Source of the DNA: a virus
Lineage: Duplodnaviria > Caudoviricetes
Length of the DNA stretch: 63,559 nt
Reading direction: 5' to 3' (one strand)
IMG/VR virus record: IMGVR_UViG_3300044776_000025
Coordinates: 1 to 63,559 of that record
The notes below the pieces were generated by a model. That model was given only the letters and a program-made list of their open reading frames with translations. It did no database searches and had not been told where the DNA came from. Positions 40,041 to 49,488 of the stretch are shown here, in pieces (the first letter of the stretch is position 1; each line of letters begins with the position of its first letter). Position numbers and translations under genes: made by a program.

Positions 40041-40353
40041 TAGGACAACACCAATGGTAGCAATAAGTTAGAGCAATGGGCCATAGGTTGATAATAGCTC
40101 ACTCAAGGCTTGTGATTCATTGATACAAGTGGTCGAGATCATTAGGCAAAGGGGCAGATAGTTGACATGGGATAGGGAGCCATGGTTAGATCGGCGGCAT
40201 GATCAAACTGCTAATCGTCAACGTCATCAATCGCTGGAACGAGTGGCGCAACCGTCCACACTACATCTACATCGGAAGGAGCTAAATGCAAGCAATCATA
40301 GGCCTAGTGTGCATCGTGCTTATCGTGGCAATGGCCGGAAAGGTAAAGGGACA

Positions 40354-40737
40354 ATGACAAGGCTAGAGATGTTCAATCATGCACGTAAGATCGCATTGGA
40401 CAATGGGATAACGGTAGAGACTATCCCATCGTTGTATCGCAAGCATGGCACTCCGGGTCGGAGTAGGCCAGACATACGGGTTATTCAACTAATGTCGCCA
40501 GTATGGTCAGAGTCTATGTATGCGATATTCCTGCACGAAGCTGGACACATACTAAGCCCTACTCAGATTGAACCTGAGATCGCCAATGGCTTGGCATTCT
40601 TGAATGTGTCCAATACGTTCCAGCAGCAGAATGAGATCGACGCGTGGCAATGGGCTGCCAAGAATGCCCTAAGCTGGACACGGCATATGACCGATATGGC
40701 CGTAAAAGCATTACAGACATATGGGATCAAGCTATGA
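40354..40737 (+). CDS. HExxH metallopeptidase-like protein
   Basis: FLHEAGH...NEIDAWQWA; start ATG 40354 after AAAGGG. Confidence 0.7.
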   Translation: MTRLEMFNHARKIALDNGITVETIPSLYRKHGTPGRSRPDIRVIQLMSPVWSESMYAIFLHEAGHILSPTQIEPEIANGLAFLNVSNTFQQQNEIDAWQWAAKNALSWTRHMTDMAVKALQTYGIKL

Positions 40738-40796
40738 ATAGTATCGGGATTCGTCAACTGTTAGCAGCAATGGCAATCAATGCCAGAAAGGACACA

Positions 40797-40982
40797 ATGC
40801 CGATCTACCTCGTAGAAGGACAATTCAAGATCGAAGCAGACGACATCGCGCAAGCCGAGAACATCGTCCAAAATGCCGTAGAGGGAACTAGACAGCACAT
40901 TGAGACGGTGGACGTCAACGCCGTAACGGACCTAGACAGCGACGATGACGACCTGTTGACAACCAACCGGCCGGTGGACTAG
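40797..40982 (+). CDS. small acidic protein
   Basis: AAAGGA RBS; MPIYLVEGQF...DSDDDD. Confidence 0.55.
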   Translation: MPIYLVEGQFKIEADDIAQAENIVQNAVEGTRQHIETVDVNAVTDLDSDDDDLLTTNRPVD

Positions 40983-41072
40983 CGTTAGACATCGAACGAC
41001 AGACCGGCAGGGCATACCGTCCTGTCGGTCACGACAACCGGACCTAGACGGTCCAAAAGGGGAGTAGCGACA

Positions 41073-41621
41073 ATGGAAAATCACGTAGCGGGAGATCTGG
41101 CGCGGACGATGGCAGCCACGCCAACAACGGCAGTGGGCGAAGCCATGAAAGACGCGGCAATCAAAGAGAGCAAGCGAACGGCCACAAAAGGCGCGAAGGA
41201 GGCGAAGGAAAGCAAGTCGGAGAATCCTTTCGTCAAGCTGTTCGGATCGCCCATCTGGACCCTGGGCGATCGCAAGGTCTACGATGATAAGAAAGTCAAG
41301 GGGCGAACCAATTCGACATTGGCGGTCGCGACATTTCCGCTAATCGCGGATGTTCTGGATCTTGAGTGCAAGATCTACCAGTCAGGTGAAATCGTGAAAG
41401 ACTCATCTGGCACCTATGAACAGCAGACGATTACACTCTCATTTCCGAGAGCATTAATCGTGAGCAAAAAGAACGCGGTTGCTCAAGTTCACGTCGAGCA
41501 GTTCAAAAACATCATGCTTGACTCATACGAGGCATGGATCTCGACGGTGGACGATTCAACGCCCGTCACGGCGGCATCGCGCCGCGTGGGACGGACAAAG
41601 CGAGTGCCAGTCACCGAGTAA
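41073..41621 (+). CDS. hypothetical protein
   Basis: GGGGAG RBS; 182 aa; followed by a terminator. Confidence 0.7.
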   Translation: MENHVAGDLARTMAATPTTAVGEAMKDAAIKESKRTATKGAKEAKESKSENPFVKLFGSPIWTLGDRKVYDDKKVKGRTNSTLAVATFPLIADVLDLECKIYQSGEIVKDSSGTYEQQTITLSFPRALIVSKKNAVAQVHVEQFKNIMLDSYEAWISTVDDSTPVTAASRRVGRTKRVPVTE

Positions 41622-41638
41622 CAAGTAGCGCCAGCTAC

Positions 41639-41676
41639 GGGACAATGGGACATCAAACCATTGTCCTTTCTATTTT
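41639..41676 (+). terminator. intrinsic terminator
   Basis: GGACAATGG-loop-CCATTGTCC followed by TTTCTATTTT. Confidence 0.7.
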
Positions 41677-41846
41677 CCTACCATCCTAGACCTACCTCCT
41701 AGCCTGACCCTCCTACGCTGCGTCTAGCCTGACCCTAGCTACCCCACACCTGCCGGGCGTTCGTCGTTCCTACGGCATCCTGACGCGTTCTAGGCCTAAC
41801 CTGCGTTCGGGCCGGAACCTGCAAAAACACGCCAAAAACCGGAGGC

Positions 41847-41875
41847 TTGACAGGCCTACCCGCCGGGTGTATCGT
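41847..41875 (+). promoter_or_regulatory. sigma70-type early promoter
   Basis: TTGACA-N17-TATCGT upstream of a GC-rich leader. Confidence 0.6.
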
Positions 41876-42010
41876 TCGTGCGTCGGCGGTTATCGGTGGA
41901 CGGCGGCAGGTGCTAAGGCGCTTGCGGCCGTAGTGGTTTGTCTGCCCACCGTAGAATTAAATTCTAATGGTGCAATGTAGAATGCACCTTGGAGAACAGT
42001 TAGAAACTTT

Positions 42011-42577
42011 ATGTCTTTCTTACTTACAGAAAAGGAAAAACTTAGACTTGCTAAGGTTAAGAAAGATTTAGCAGAGAATAAGAATCCATACTCTGAACTT
42101 AGTAAATTGACATTAGGTAATACGCCTCACACGCGTGATGAGGGTCAGAAACCACTATTAAGTCAAAGTAAGAGACTTAGTAAATGGATTGATAATATAG
42201 ACTCTAGACCTAGTAAGAGAATCACTAGAAAAAAGATCAGTGATACTCCTAATGGTCAAGTATGTATGTGTTGTCTAAATCCATTAGATTTAATAACTTC
42301 TACTCTAGGTAAGATTATACTTAGTTTTGATACTAAGAGAGTAGAAGGTAAACAGCACTTTATTAAATCTGATAAATCTCTATTGACTGTCAATACAATA
42401 CAGGATAGTAAATTCCCACGGTATCAACGTGGTAGAGTATGTCCTAATTGTGTTGATAAATTAGATGAGTTTATCATGGTAGATACTGATTACAGCAGAG
42501 AATCTAGCAATGTTCTAATTGAACAGACTTCTACTGCTTCTAGACTTGACCTAGTAATTAGACATAGGAGGAAGTAA
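42011..42577 (+). CDS. hypothetical zinc-binding basic protein
   Basis: CMCC...CPNC; AT-rich gene. Confidence 0.65.
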   Translation: MSFLLTEKEKLRLAKVKKDLAENKNPYSELSKLTLGNTPHTRDEGQKPLLSQSKRLSKWIDNIDSRPSKRITRKKISDTPNGQVCMCCLNPLDLITSTLGKIILSFDTKRVEGKQHFIKSDKSLLTVNTIQDSKFPRYQRGRVCPNCVDKLDEFIMVDTDYSRESSNVLIEQTSTASRLDLVIRHRRK

Positions 42578-42743
42578 TGCCCACTATCGTATTGTCCATT
42601 GATATTGCAGAAGATGTATCAGAAGGTGAATTGGCCTTGATCAGGGCATCCATTCGTCAAACAGTTGAGGACGATGATTCTGGTGCAGTGACTGCAACAG
42701 ATTGGATTGAGATTGGAACCAAATAATTTGGGATGAGGGCAAG

Positions 42744-42847
42744 TTATAGCAATTGAATGGATCACATAACGAATAGGCATACGATTGACGGCCTCATTGA
42801 CTCTGTCGTTATTCTACCAGGTTATGTGATCCATTGAGGTGCTATAA
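42744..42847 (+). promoter_or_regulatory. long hairpin element 1 (RNase III-site-like)
   Basis: TTATAGCAATTGAATGGATCACATAAC pairs with GTTATGTGATCCATTGAGGTGCTATAA. Confidence 0.7.
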
Positions 42848-43025
42848 TGAATATGTCACTGCTTTCTAGACCTTGGGAAGTTGCATGCTTTGAATGGGCG
42901 ATTCAGCACTGCCTAGGACTTGGATATAGGGATGGAGCTAGGATCTATATCCAGATGCTTGACAAATACTACATCAACAACTATCTATCGAATGGTAGAC
43001 TTGTTGCAGTGGTCAAGGTTAAGTA

Positions 43026-43259
43026 ATGGTTTCAATCAAGATCCTCAACACTATTAGTGGTAAGATCACTACCATTGAGACGCCATGTGTTGAGGTGAGA
43101 CAAACTCAATCTGGTTGTATAATTGCCTTTAATGACATTGGTAGTGATGCTTGGTTCATGTCTCCATTGTTCAAGTTAGTTGAAGTGAGAACAATGGATG
43201 AGGTAACTCAGTGTAGTTGTAGTCAATGTAGAGCATTTAGAGAGCATGATTATAGTTGA
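43026..43259 (+). CDS. hypothetical protein
   Basis: 77-aa ORF, TAATG-coupled, CSCSQC. Confidence 0.55.
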   Translation: MVSIKILNTISGKITTIETPCVEVRQTQSGCIIAFNDIGSDAWFMSPLFKLVEVRTMDEVTQCSCSQCRAFREHDYS

Positions 43260-43394
43260 CGCTTGAATTGATTGCATACCTCTGATAAATGTGCTGGTAG
43301 AGAGAAGCAGCTACTCAGGGCTGTAACTCAGCAAATCGGGCAGAGGTTGTGAGACACTGAGGCTCCTGAGGTGTGCAATCAATTGAGGTGTCAA
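43256..43394 (+). promoter_or_regulatory. long hairpin element 2 (RNase III-site-like)
   Basis: TTGACGCTTGAATTGATTGCATACCTC pairs with GAGGTGTGCAATCAATTGAGGTGTCAA. Confidence 0.7.
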
Positions 43395-43582
43395 TGATTA
43401 AGTATCCTTGGGATCAACATCGTGTGAGGCATTGGTCTGCCAGGTTCATTCCGAAACTTGGAAAGCATATGGGAACCAATCATGGCATTGGTGGAGTATG
43501 GTTCATTACTCCTAATGTCTCAATGAGGCGTAAACGCAGAATGAGATAATGTCTACCTAAATCCATCTGGACTGAAGGTGAT

Positions 43583-43831
43583 GTGACAGTCATGGCCAGT
43601 ACGGTGAACGAGTCAAAAGCGCATAAGCCTAAGAAACATATTAGTATTCGGCAACTTGCTGATGTATTGGAAGGCGGTTACACATATCAAGCAGTCTATA
43701 ATTGGTGTATAACAGGTCAGCTGAGAGTCAAGCGATGTACATATCCTGGTAACGGGAATGCGCATTGGCTCATTCCTTGCACACAACAAAACCTCCGATT
43801 CGTTCTTAGAAAGATCGCCGCTTGCAATTGA
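43583..43831 (+). CDS. HTH DNA-binding protein (excisionase/MerR-like)
   Basis: ISIRQLADVL...YQAVYNWCITGQL. Confidence 0.6.
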   Translation: MTVMASTVNESKAHKPKKHISIRQLADVLEGGYTYQAVYNWCITGQLRVKRCTYPGNGNAHWLIPCTQQNLRFVLRKIAACN

Positions 43832-43923
43832 TTTGATTGCATATAGCACACAGTTCTTAAAATAATCACTGAGCTAGCGTCTGTGAATGTCTGTGAATGA
43901 CTATATGCAATCAAATGAGGTGC
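43824..43923 (+). promoter_or_regulatory. long hairpin element 3 (RNase III-site-like)
   Basis: GCAATTGATTTGATTGCATATAG pairs with CTATATGCAATCAAATGAGGTGC. Confidence 0.7.
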
Positions 43924-45112
43924 TTTGAATGCTAAGGGTGTTGCCGCTTCCAGACGAATTCATACCTCCTGATGCAATGGCGAGATTCATACTATTGCAA
44001 TGGACTGCGATCTCTGCCAAAGAGGATGGAGACGAGGATACTGCATTGCTTGCTGAGTTCAGCATCGAGTTCATTGTCAAGAATGGTGATTGGCCACGAT
44101 GCTAATTATTGTAGATGAGGGCGACAATGGGTAAATCAAAGTCACATCCTTGCAAACATCCAACTACTGCTAGGCGTGATTGGGTTGAAGATCCGAACAT
44201 AGCACAATTCATCACATTTCGTTGTGTCAAGTGCGGTCAAAAGGTTGATGCAATAAGTGGTGAGATCATTCATACCATTAGTGTCGGCAAGTCTGTGAAG
44301 CATCGCCGTAGGTGGCCTAGGACCAATCGTCAACATCGGCATGGGCATTACCTTGGAACAGAAAATGGATGAGGATCAGCCCGGTCTAAGGATACAAGTT
44401 GGAAAACAGTTTGTGATGTTGATCTATTACCATGATAATTATGATGAGGTAATAGGTCATATACTATTAGAGCTGTGGCCTGCCTTTAAGGTGGAATATG
44501 GCCTGTCGAAGCAAATATAGGCCTAGATCCAAATATAAGAAGCTGCCTCCCACAATCATAATCACTAAAATTCTCAGTAGTCCAAAAGATCCATTGTGGA
44601 ACTATGGCCACTTCGAGGACATATACAATAGTGAGGAAACTTTAGTGCCCTGTTGTCTGAAGGCTAAACCATGTTGGGAGTGCTCATGAGAAAAAAGTGT
44701 CACAAGACACCAATCTGTGGGATATGCGAACTTCTAATTCGCAAGTTGTGCGTCTGCAAAGTGCCTTGCACGCAGCAATTCTGTAAGTGTCCATTTCCCA
44801 AGCCGACATATATGTTCTTGGCAATTCGTTACAACCATTCGTTACAACCTAGAAGTGGCTGATAGAACTGCACAGGACTTTAGTGTCCATTGGCCTAACG
44901 TCATTTGGATTAAAGATGAGGTGTAAAGTGCAACTCACAAATGCGTTACTCCTAGCTACTGGACTTGCTTGCATATTCCTTGCTTTCAGATCCAACAATG
45001 TCCAGAAGATTGAATACCTTGAGATGAACCCAGAGCGCAGAAGGTTGCTTATCAAGGCTGAGCGGGATGCAAAGATGCAAGATGTTGATCGAGGTATCGA
45101 CGAGGATCTCTA

Positions 45113-45472
45113 ATGCTAGCGTTGAAGCTCAATCGTCACGCAGCACAGTTGAGGGCAGCATATTGTGTTAGGATAAGATACAATCCATTGCTGGTTGGTA
45201 ATGCCCTCGCTTATAGGAATTATCGCATGATAGAGATGCCATTCCCTATCATTGGTGAGCGATCTTATGCAACATTCATGCATGAAATGGGACATATAAT
45301 GGACCATAATCAAAAGTGGTGTTATCCCAATGGTCCTAGTAATATCATCCTAACGGATGAAATAGCTGCATGGAATTGGGCGAAGGAACATGCAATATGT
45401 TGGACCGCTAAGATGGAGAACCTGAGGAATTGGGCTCTTAGCACTTGGTATGTTTCATTATGGGGAGCATAA
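45113..45472 (+). CDS. HExxH metallopeptidase-like protein, paralog of 40354-40737
   Basis: FMHEMGH...DEIAAWNWA. Confidence 0.7.
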   Translation: MLALKLNRHAAQLRAAYCVRIRYNPLLVGNALAYRNYRMIEMPFPIIGERSYATFMHEMGHIMDHNQKWCYPNGPSNIILTDEIAAWNWAKEHAICWTAKMENLRNWALSTWYVSLWGA

Positions 45473-45619
45473 TTGCAGGCTGCACAAGAAAAGGTGAACT
45501 AATGAAGGATAAGCTAATTGCAATGGCACTTGGCTGGTTCCTTGCAACTGCATTGGATGGAGCTGCGATCATCTTCATTGTCGCAGTGACTTTCATGTTT
45601 GGCATCCTACTAGGCCATT

Positions 45620-45886
45620 ATGTTCATCTGTAATAACTGCAAGTTGCCATCACAACCTAGGGAACCAATGACAAAGGTTGTAACAAAGATTCGGCAAAAG
45701 CAGTATTATGATGCTGGTGGCAATGTCATCGCCAAGGGTCATGAGACTGTAAAAGAAGTTGGACTTTGCACAGAGTGTGGAGACAATGACCTACGATCAA
45801 GAGCGGTTGCAAAGACAGTTAGAGTTAACCGCTCGGCAAAGAAAGATCATCAAAGCATTCCGCAAGGCTTTATTACGATACATTAG
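45620..45886 (+). CDS. zinc-ribbon hypothetical protein
   Basis: CNNC...GHETVKEVGLCTEC. Confidence 0.55.
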   Translation: MFICNNCKLPSQPREPMTKVVTKIRQKQYYDAGGNVIAKGHETVKEVGLCTECGDNDLRSRAVAKTVRVNRSAKKDHQSIPQGFITIH

Positions 45887-46005
45887 TCCTCAGAGGATAC
45901 ATGCAATAAAGCGTGTTGCTGAGGATAGATGTAAGAGGTGTGGAAAGCCAAGGGTGACTGCGTATTGGTGTAGAGGGTGTGCGGATAAGTGGAATGCATA
46001 TCAAA

Positions 46006-46707
46006 ATGGCAAATGAGATCACGGCGCTGATACAGGAATGGCGCACAGAAGCTACAAAAGCCAGGCAGCGAGCCCAAGGCTGTGAACAGCGGAAAATAGA
46101 TTTATTCGAGCTTCGTGCTGAAAGCTTTGAACTATGCGCCGACGAACTCGCCGTCAGACTGAAGGCCCCCGAACCGCCCACGGAGATAGCAATGAGCACA
46201 GTTGACCCATATACAAACGAACAGCTCGCCAACAGGGAATGCGATCAACTCAAGGCCCAGCTCACCGCCGTCGAGGCGCAGCTCCAAGAGGCAAAGGATG
46301 ACGCTGAGTATTGGCAGCTTGTCTCGGACGGCGTGAAGCACTCGCACCTGTGTCCAAACAGCGCGCTCTGTAGAGATCCTGAGCATCGCAGCCCTTGCGA
46401 TCGGTGCCGTGCCGAGACAGCCGAGGCCGAACTAGACACGCTGAAGGCGAGCCTGAGGAGCCTCCGAGACGAAATCGTTGAACATGCCATACGAATACGG
46501 GCAGCCCGCGAAATGTTAGGAGCTGAGAAAGCACGCACGCTCGCGTCAGGAGAACTACTCGGGCTGACGTTCTGTGAAGAGCGGTTGGCGTCCCTAGTTG
46601 CCGTCCCACAAGGGACGTGTGAATGCGGGAGCACCGAGTTTTCACAAGGGCCAAAGAGTCGCCACTGTTTCAAGTGCGGAAAGCTCGCCGTCGAGAAGGG
46701 AAAGTAA
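46006..46707 (+). CDS. mosaic coiled-coil/zinc-finger protein (Ead/Ea22-like)
   Basis: ALIQEWR, CADEL and RAETAEAEL modules; GC-rich; start uncertain. Confidence 0.55.
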   Translation: MANEITALIQEWRTEATKARQRAQGCEQRKIDLFELRAESFELCADELAVRLKAPEPPTEIAMSTVDPYTNEQLANRECDQLKAQLTAVEAQLQEAKDDAEYWQLVSDGVKHSHLCPNSALCRDPEHRSPCDRCRAETAEAELDTLKASLRSLRDEIVEHAIRIRAAREMLGAEKARTLASGELLGLTFCEERLASLVAVPQGTCECGSTEFSQGPKSRHCFKCGKLAVEKGK

Positions 46708-46949
46708 GTGCAGAAAGACAACACGGAAGGCTATGCGTGGGGCATCGTCGCTGCCCTTGGGCTCAGTATTCTACTCGGTGTTCAGCAGCCACCGTGGGCG
46801 GGTATGTGGCTCATTGTGCTGGCTGTGCTTCGCGGCATGTTACGGGTGATACGTTTCTACCAGCGCAAGGCGGACGCAGTTCTTGCCAAGCTACAGGTGG
46901 CCGTCGAGGAGGAGAAGTAAATGGCTGATCACCCCGTGAGAGGACGCCG

Positions 46950-47411
46950 ATGACACAAGCTGAGAAAGCGGCAGCGATTGGTGGTGGAGCCCGTCCCGTG
47001 GTGGACGATGACAGCTCCCGTATCTGGGCGTGTGGCTGCTACGAAGACCAAGGCGGTTATCACCTGTGTCTGAAACATCCTGACACCGGAGCCCGTCCAC
47101 CCCAACAGGAATACCGGTGTCCGAATTGCGGGAAGACACTGAAGTTCAACGAATGGAACGGCTCAGTGTGCCCGTATTGCAACTACATCCTTGCAGAGCG
47201 CCGTGCCGAATCTGCCGAGTCCCGCCTGACCCAGCTGCGGGCGCTGATCCAGGAGTGGCGCGATAGGGCGGCTGCTTTTGCACAGGATGCCAAGGCATTC
47301 GCCTCGCTTACCGCTGATGGCCAAAGCAAAACATTGGCGGTGTGTGCTGATGAACTCGACGCGCTCCTGACGGCCAAAACTGATGAGGTTAAACTTAACA
47401 ATGGAGGGTGA
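46950..47411 (+). CDS. mosaic zinc-finger/coiled-coil protein
   Basis: CPNC...CPYC, RAESAESRL, ALIQEWR and CADEL. Confidence 0.6.
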   Translation: MTQAEKAAAIGGGARPVVDDDSSRIWACGCYEDQGGYHLCLKHPDTGARPPQQEYRCPNCGKTLKFNEWNGSVCPYCNYILAERRAESAESRLTQLRALIQEWRDRAAAFAQDAKAFASLTADGQSKTLAVCADELDALLTAKTDEVKLNNGG

Positions 47412-47413
47412 GA

Positions 47414-47959
47414 ATGCAAACGACAACGACAGTCACGGAAGCACTTGCTGAATTGAAAACAATCGGCAAGAGGATCGAGAAGAAACGGCAATACATCAGT
47501 GCATACCTGATGCGACAGGAGGCATTGAAAGATCCATTGGAGAAAGATGGTGGCTCTCCAAAGGTCATCAGTCGTGAGCGGCAGGCTATTGCCGATCTTG
47601 AGAAGCGGCACATCGCTATTCGCCTCGCGATCCAGAAGGCAAATCAAGTGACACCTGTCACCATTGAGGGTTTGACAAAATCCCTCGCCGAGTGGTTGAC
47701 ATGGCGCAAGGAGATTGCACCGGGATTGCAACAGCATCTAGGACAGATTCGCAATCAGATCGAACAGATCCGACGGCAGGCATTGCAGAAGGGTGCAACC
47801 GTCGTGACCGCTGGTGGAACCGCTGAGAAGCCCACTGACGTTGTTGTCAATGTGGATGAGGCGGAATTGGCGAAGGAGACTGAACTTCTTGAGGCAATGT
47901 TGGGTGCCTTGGATGGGCAGTTGAGCCTCAAGAATGCAACCGTCACTATTGACATCTAA
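47414..47959 (+). CDS. DIP1984/septicolysin-like coiled-coil protein
   Basis: TVTEALAELK...IQKANQVTPVTIEG...SLAEWL...LDGQLSLKNATVTI pattern; GGAGG RBS. Confidence 0.65.
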   Translation: MQTTTTVTEALAELKTIGKRIEKKRQYISAYLMRQEALKDPLEKDGGSPKVISRERQAIADLEKRHIAIRLAIQKANQVTPVTIEGLTKSLAEWLTWRKEIAPGLQQHLGQIRNQIEQIRRQALQKGATVVTAGGTAEKPTDVVVNVDEAELAKETELLEAMLGALDGQLSLKNATVTIDI

Positions 47960-48053
47960 GGAATTTGGGGGTTGAGGGGACCGCACAGCCGCATCTTTGG
48001 GTGCGCGTAATAGGCCACTTCATACGATGTGCCCCAAGTGTAAGTTGTGTCCA

Positions 48054-48340
48054 GATTGCGATGATGGAGAGTAATTAGAGTTAAAGAGTGCCTTCGGCGT
48101 CGAAGTGAGAGAATGCACGAGACAAAAAATGACGCTTATTAAACAGCATTGGCCTTGGAGCCAATAAAATCCTCAGAAGCTTAGAGTTTAGAGCTGAAAC
48201 TCGCAAACTCTGATAAACTGAAGTATTAGAGCTGATAAGCTGTTAAAAACCCATCGTTTCTCTGACCATAGCAGTAATGTTATGGGCATCCAACTTGTGT
48301 AGGATGTTCTCAGGAGGGTGGCTGTCGTGCGGAGGCATCG
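48054..48340 (+). ncRNA. candidate structured ncRNA with internal A-rich repeat array
   Basis: ~410-bp intergenic gap; closing helix ATGATGG/CTGTCGT; 3' multibranch domain; about 9 RARCT-like units at 48174-48250. Confidence 0.6.
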
Positions 48341-48372
48341 TCTTTCTATAAATCTGTTGTGGAGGTTGAGCA

Positions 48373-49134
48373 ATGCCGATACCGAATTTTCGTGAGAGTT
48401 GGCCGACATTCAATTCAGGTTCGCCATATGTCATTACCAATGAGGAACCAGAGTTGCTATCGAATCTGCTCGGCAAGAGACGGTTCAACAAAGCGGCTGG
48501 TATTCTCTCTGGTGGCGAGGTTCTATTTGGGGTGATGCTACCACGATGCAAGGAAGTCATTGCTGTGGATCACAGCTATGGTTCCCTTGCTGCAGCATAC
48601 ATGAAGGCAATTCTGCTTGACATGCTGGGTGTCAAGGCATTGAAAGAGTTGTTCATTGAGGGCAGCTATGATCAATTGTTCCCACATTTGAAAGCTGCTG
48701 TTGTTCATATGCCTCATGAGTTGACGAAGTATGTCAACATTCTGGAGAAGCAATCCGGTGGTTACTATGGCAGCAGTTTGTTTGCTAATGACCTAATAGG
48801 CTTGAGGCGGGAATGGTTCTACATGAAGGACTCTACATTGGAGCGAGCAAGACGTAGACTTGACAAAGTGATTGTCATTCATGGGGATCTGATGGATCTT
48901 GGCAACTTTGGACAGTTTGAATTGTTGTACATCTCCAATGCAATGGAACATGCCAATAGGAACGCTAAGACACCGCAGCTATTGGAGATGGCAAAGTTGG
49001 TTACAGGGGACGGGCTACTCCTCACCACATCCAATGGTGGCCCTGTGAAGACAAATACACAAGAATGGGAACTTGTCAAGTCCATTAGAGGCTTCAGGAC
49101 TTCTTGGTCGCATAATCTTTACAAGAGGCTATAA
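48373..49134 (+). CDS. SAM-dependent transferase-like protein (DUF3419/BtaA-like)
   Basis: YVITNEE, GILSGGE, VIAVD, HGDL and LYISNA Rossmann-type motifs. Confidence 0.55.
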   Translation: MPIPNFRESWPTFNSGSPYVITNEEPELLSNLLGKRRFNKAAGILSGGEVLFGVMLPRCKEVIAVDHSYGSLAAAYMKAILLDMLGVKALKELFIEGSYDQLFPHLKAAVVHMPHELTKYVNILEKQSGGYYGSSLFANDLIGLRREWFYMKDSTLERARRRLDKVIVIHGDLMDLGNFGQFELLYISNAMEHANRNAKTPQLLEMAKLVTGDGLLLTTSNGGPVKTNTQEWELVKSIRGFRTSWSHNLYKRL

Positions 49135-49140
49135 CCTTCA

Positions 49141-49488
49141 ATGCATCATAAGGTTAACATTCCCACCGCAATCTCAGATAGAGAGGCGAGATTCCTCCGC
49201 GAGGTTGCAAGAGACAAAAGTGTGATTGAGTTCGGGGCATTACTCGGATTCTCCACTGTCATATTAGCTGAGGTAGCAGGGGATCTCACCTCAATTGACC
49301 GTCACAACGGTTACACAGGTCCTACGCTGAATCAGTTAATTTCTAACTTGTACCGCTATGGTGCTAATGGGAAGGTGAGGGTCGTTACGCTGAAGTACGA
49401 TTTACAGGAAGTGCGGACAGCGGAAAAAGGTGAAAAATGGCAAATAAGAGTGAATCGGGTTTCAAAGCTGAGCAGAAGAAAAAGTTGA
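49141..49488 (+). CDS. class I SAM methyltransferase, apparently C-terminally truncated
   Basis: VIEFGALLGFST and SIDRH motifs; no downstream DG-x-H motif. Confidence 0.55.
   Translation: MHHKVNIPTAISDREARFLREVARDKSVIEFGALLGFSTVILAEVAGDLTSIDRHNGYTGPTLNQLISNLYRYGANGKVRVVTLKYDLQEVRTAEKGEKWQIRVNRVSKLSRRKS

Noticed and set aside
42744-43923. CRISPR mini-array or attachment sites
   Set aside because: The elements are inverted-repeat arms of differing sequence separated by genes, not direct repeats with regular spacers; no cas or integrase gene is in the window.
48174-48250. CRISPR or coding microsatellite interpretation of the short repeats
   Set aside because: Units are 6-10 nt, degenerate and lack spacers; the + frames contain stops and the antisense ORFs lack RBS or motifs.
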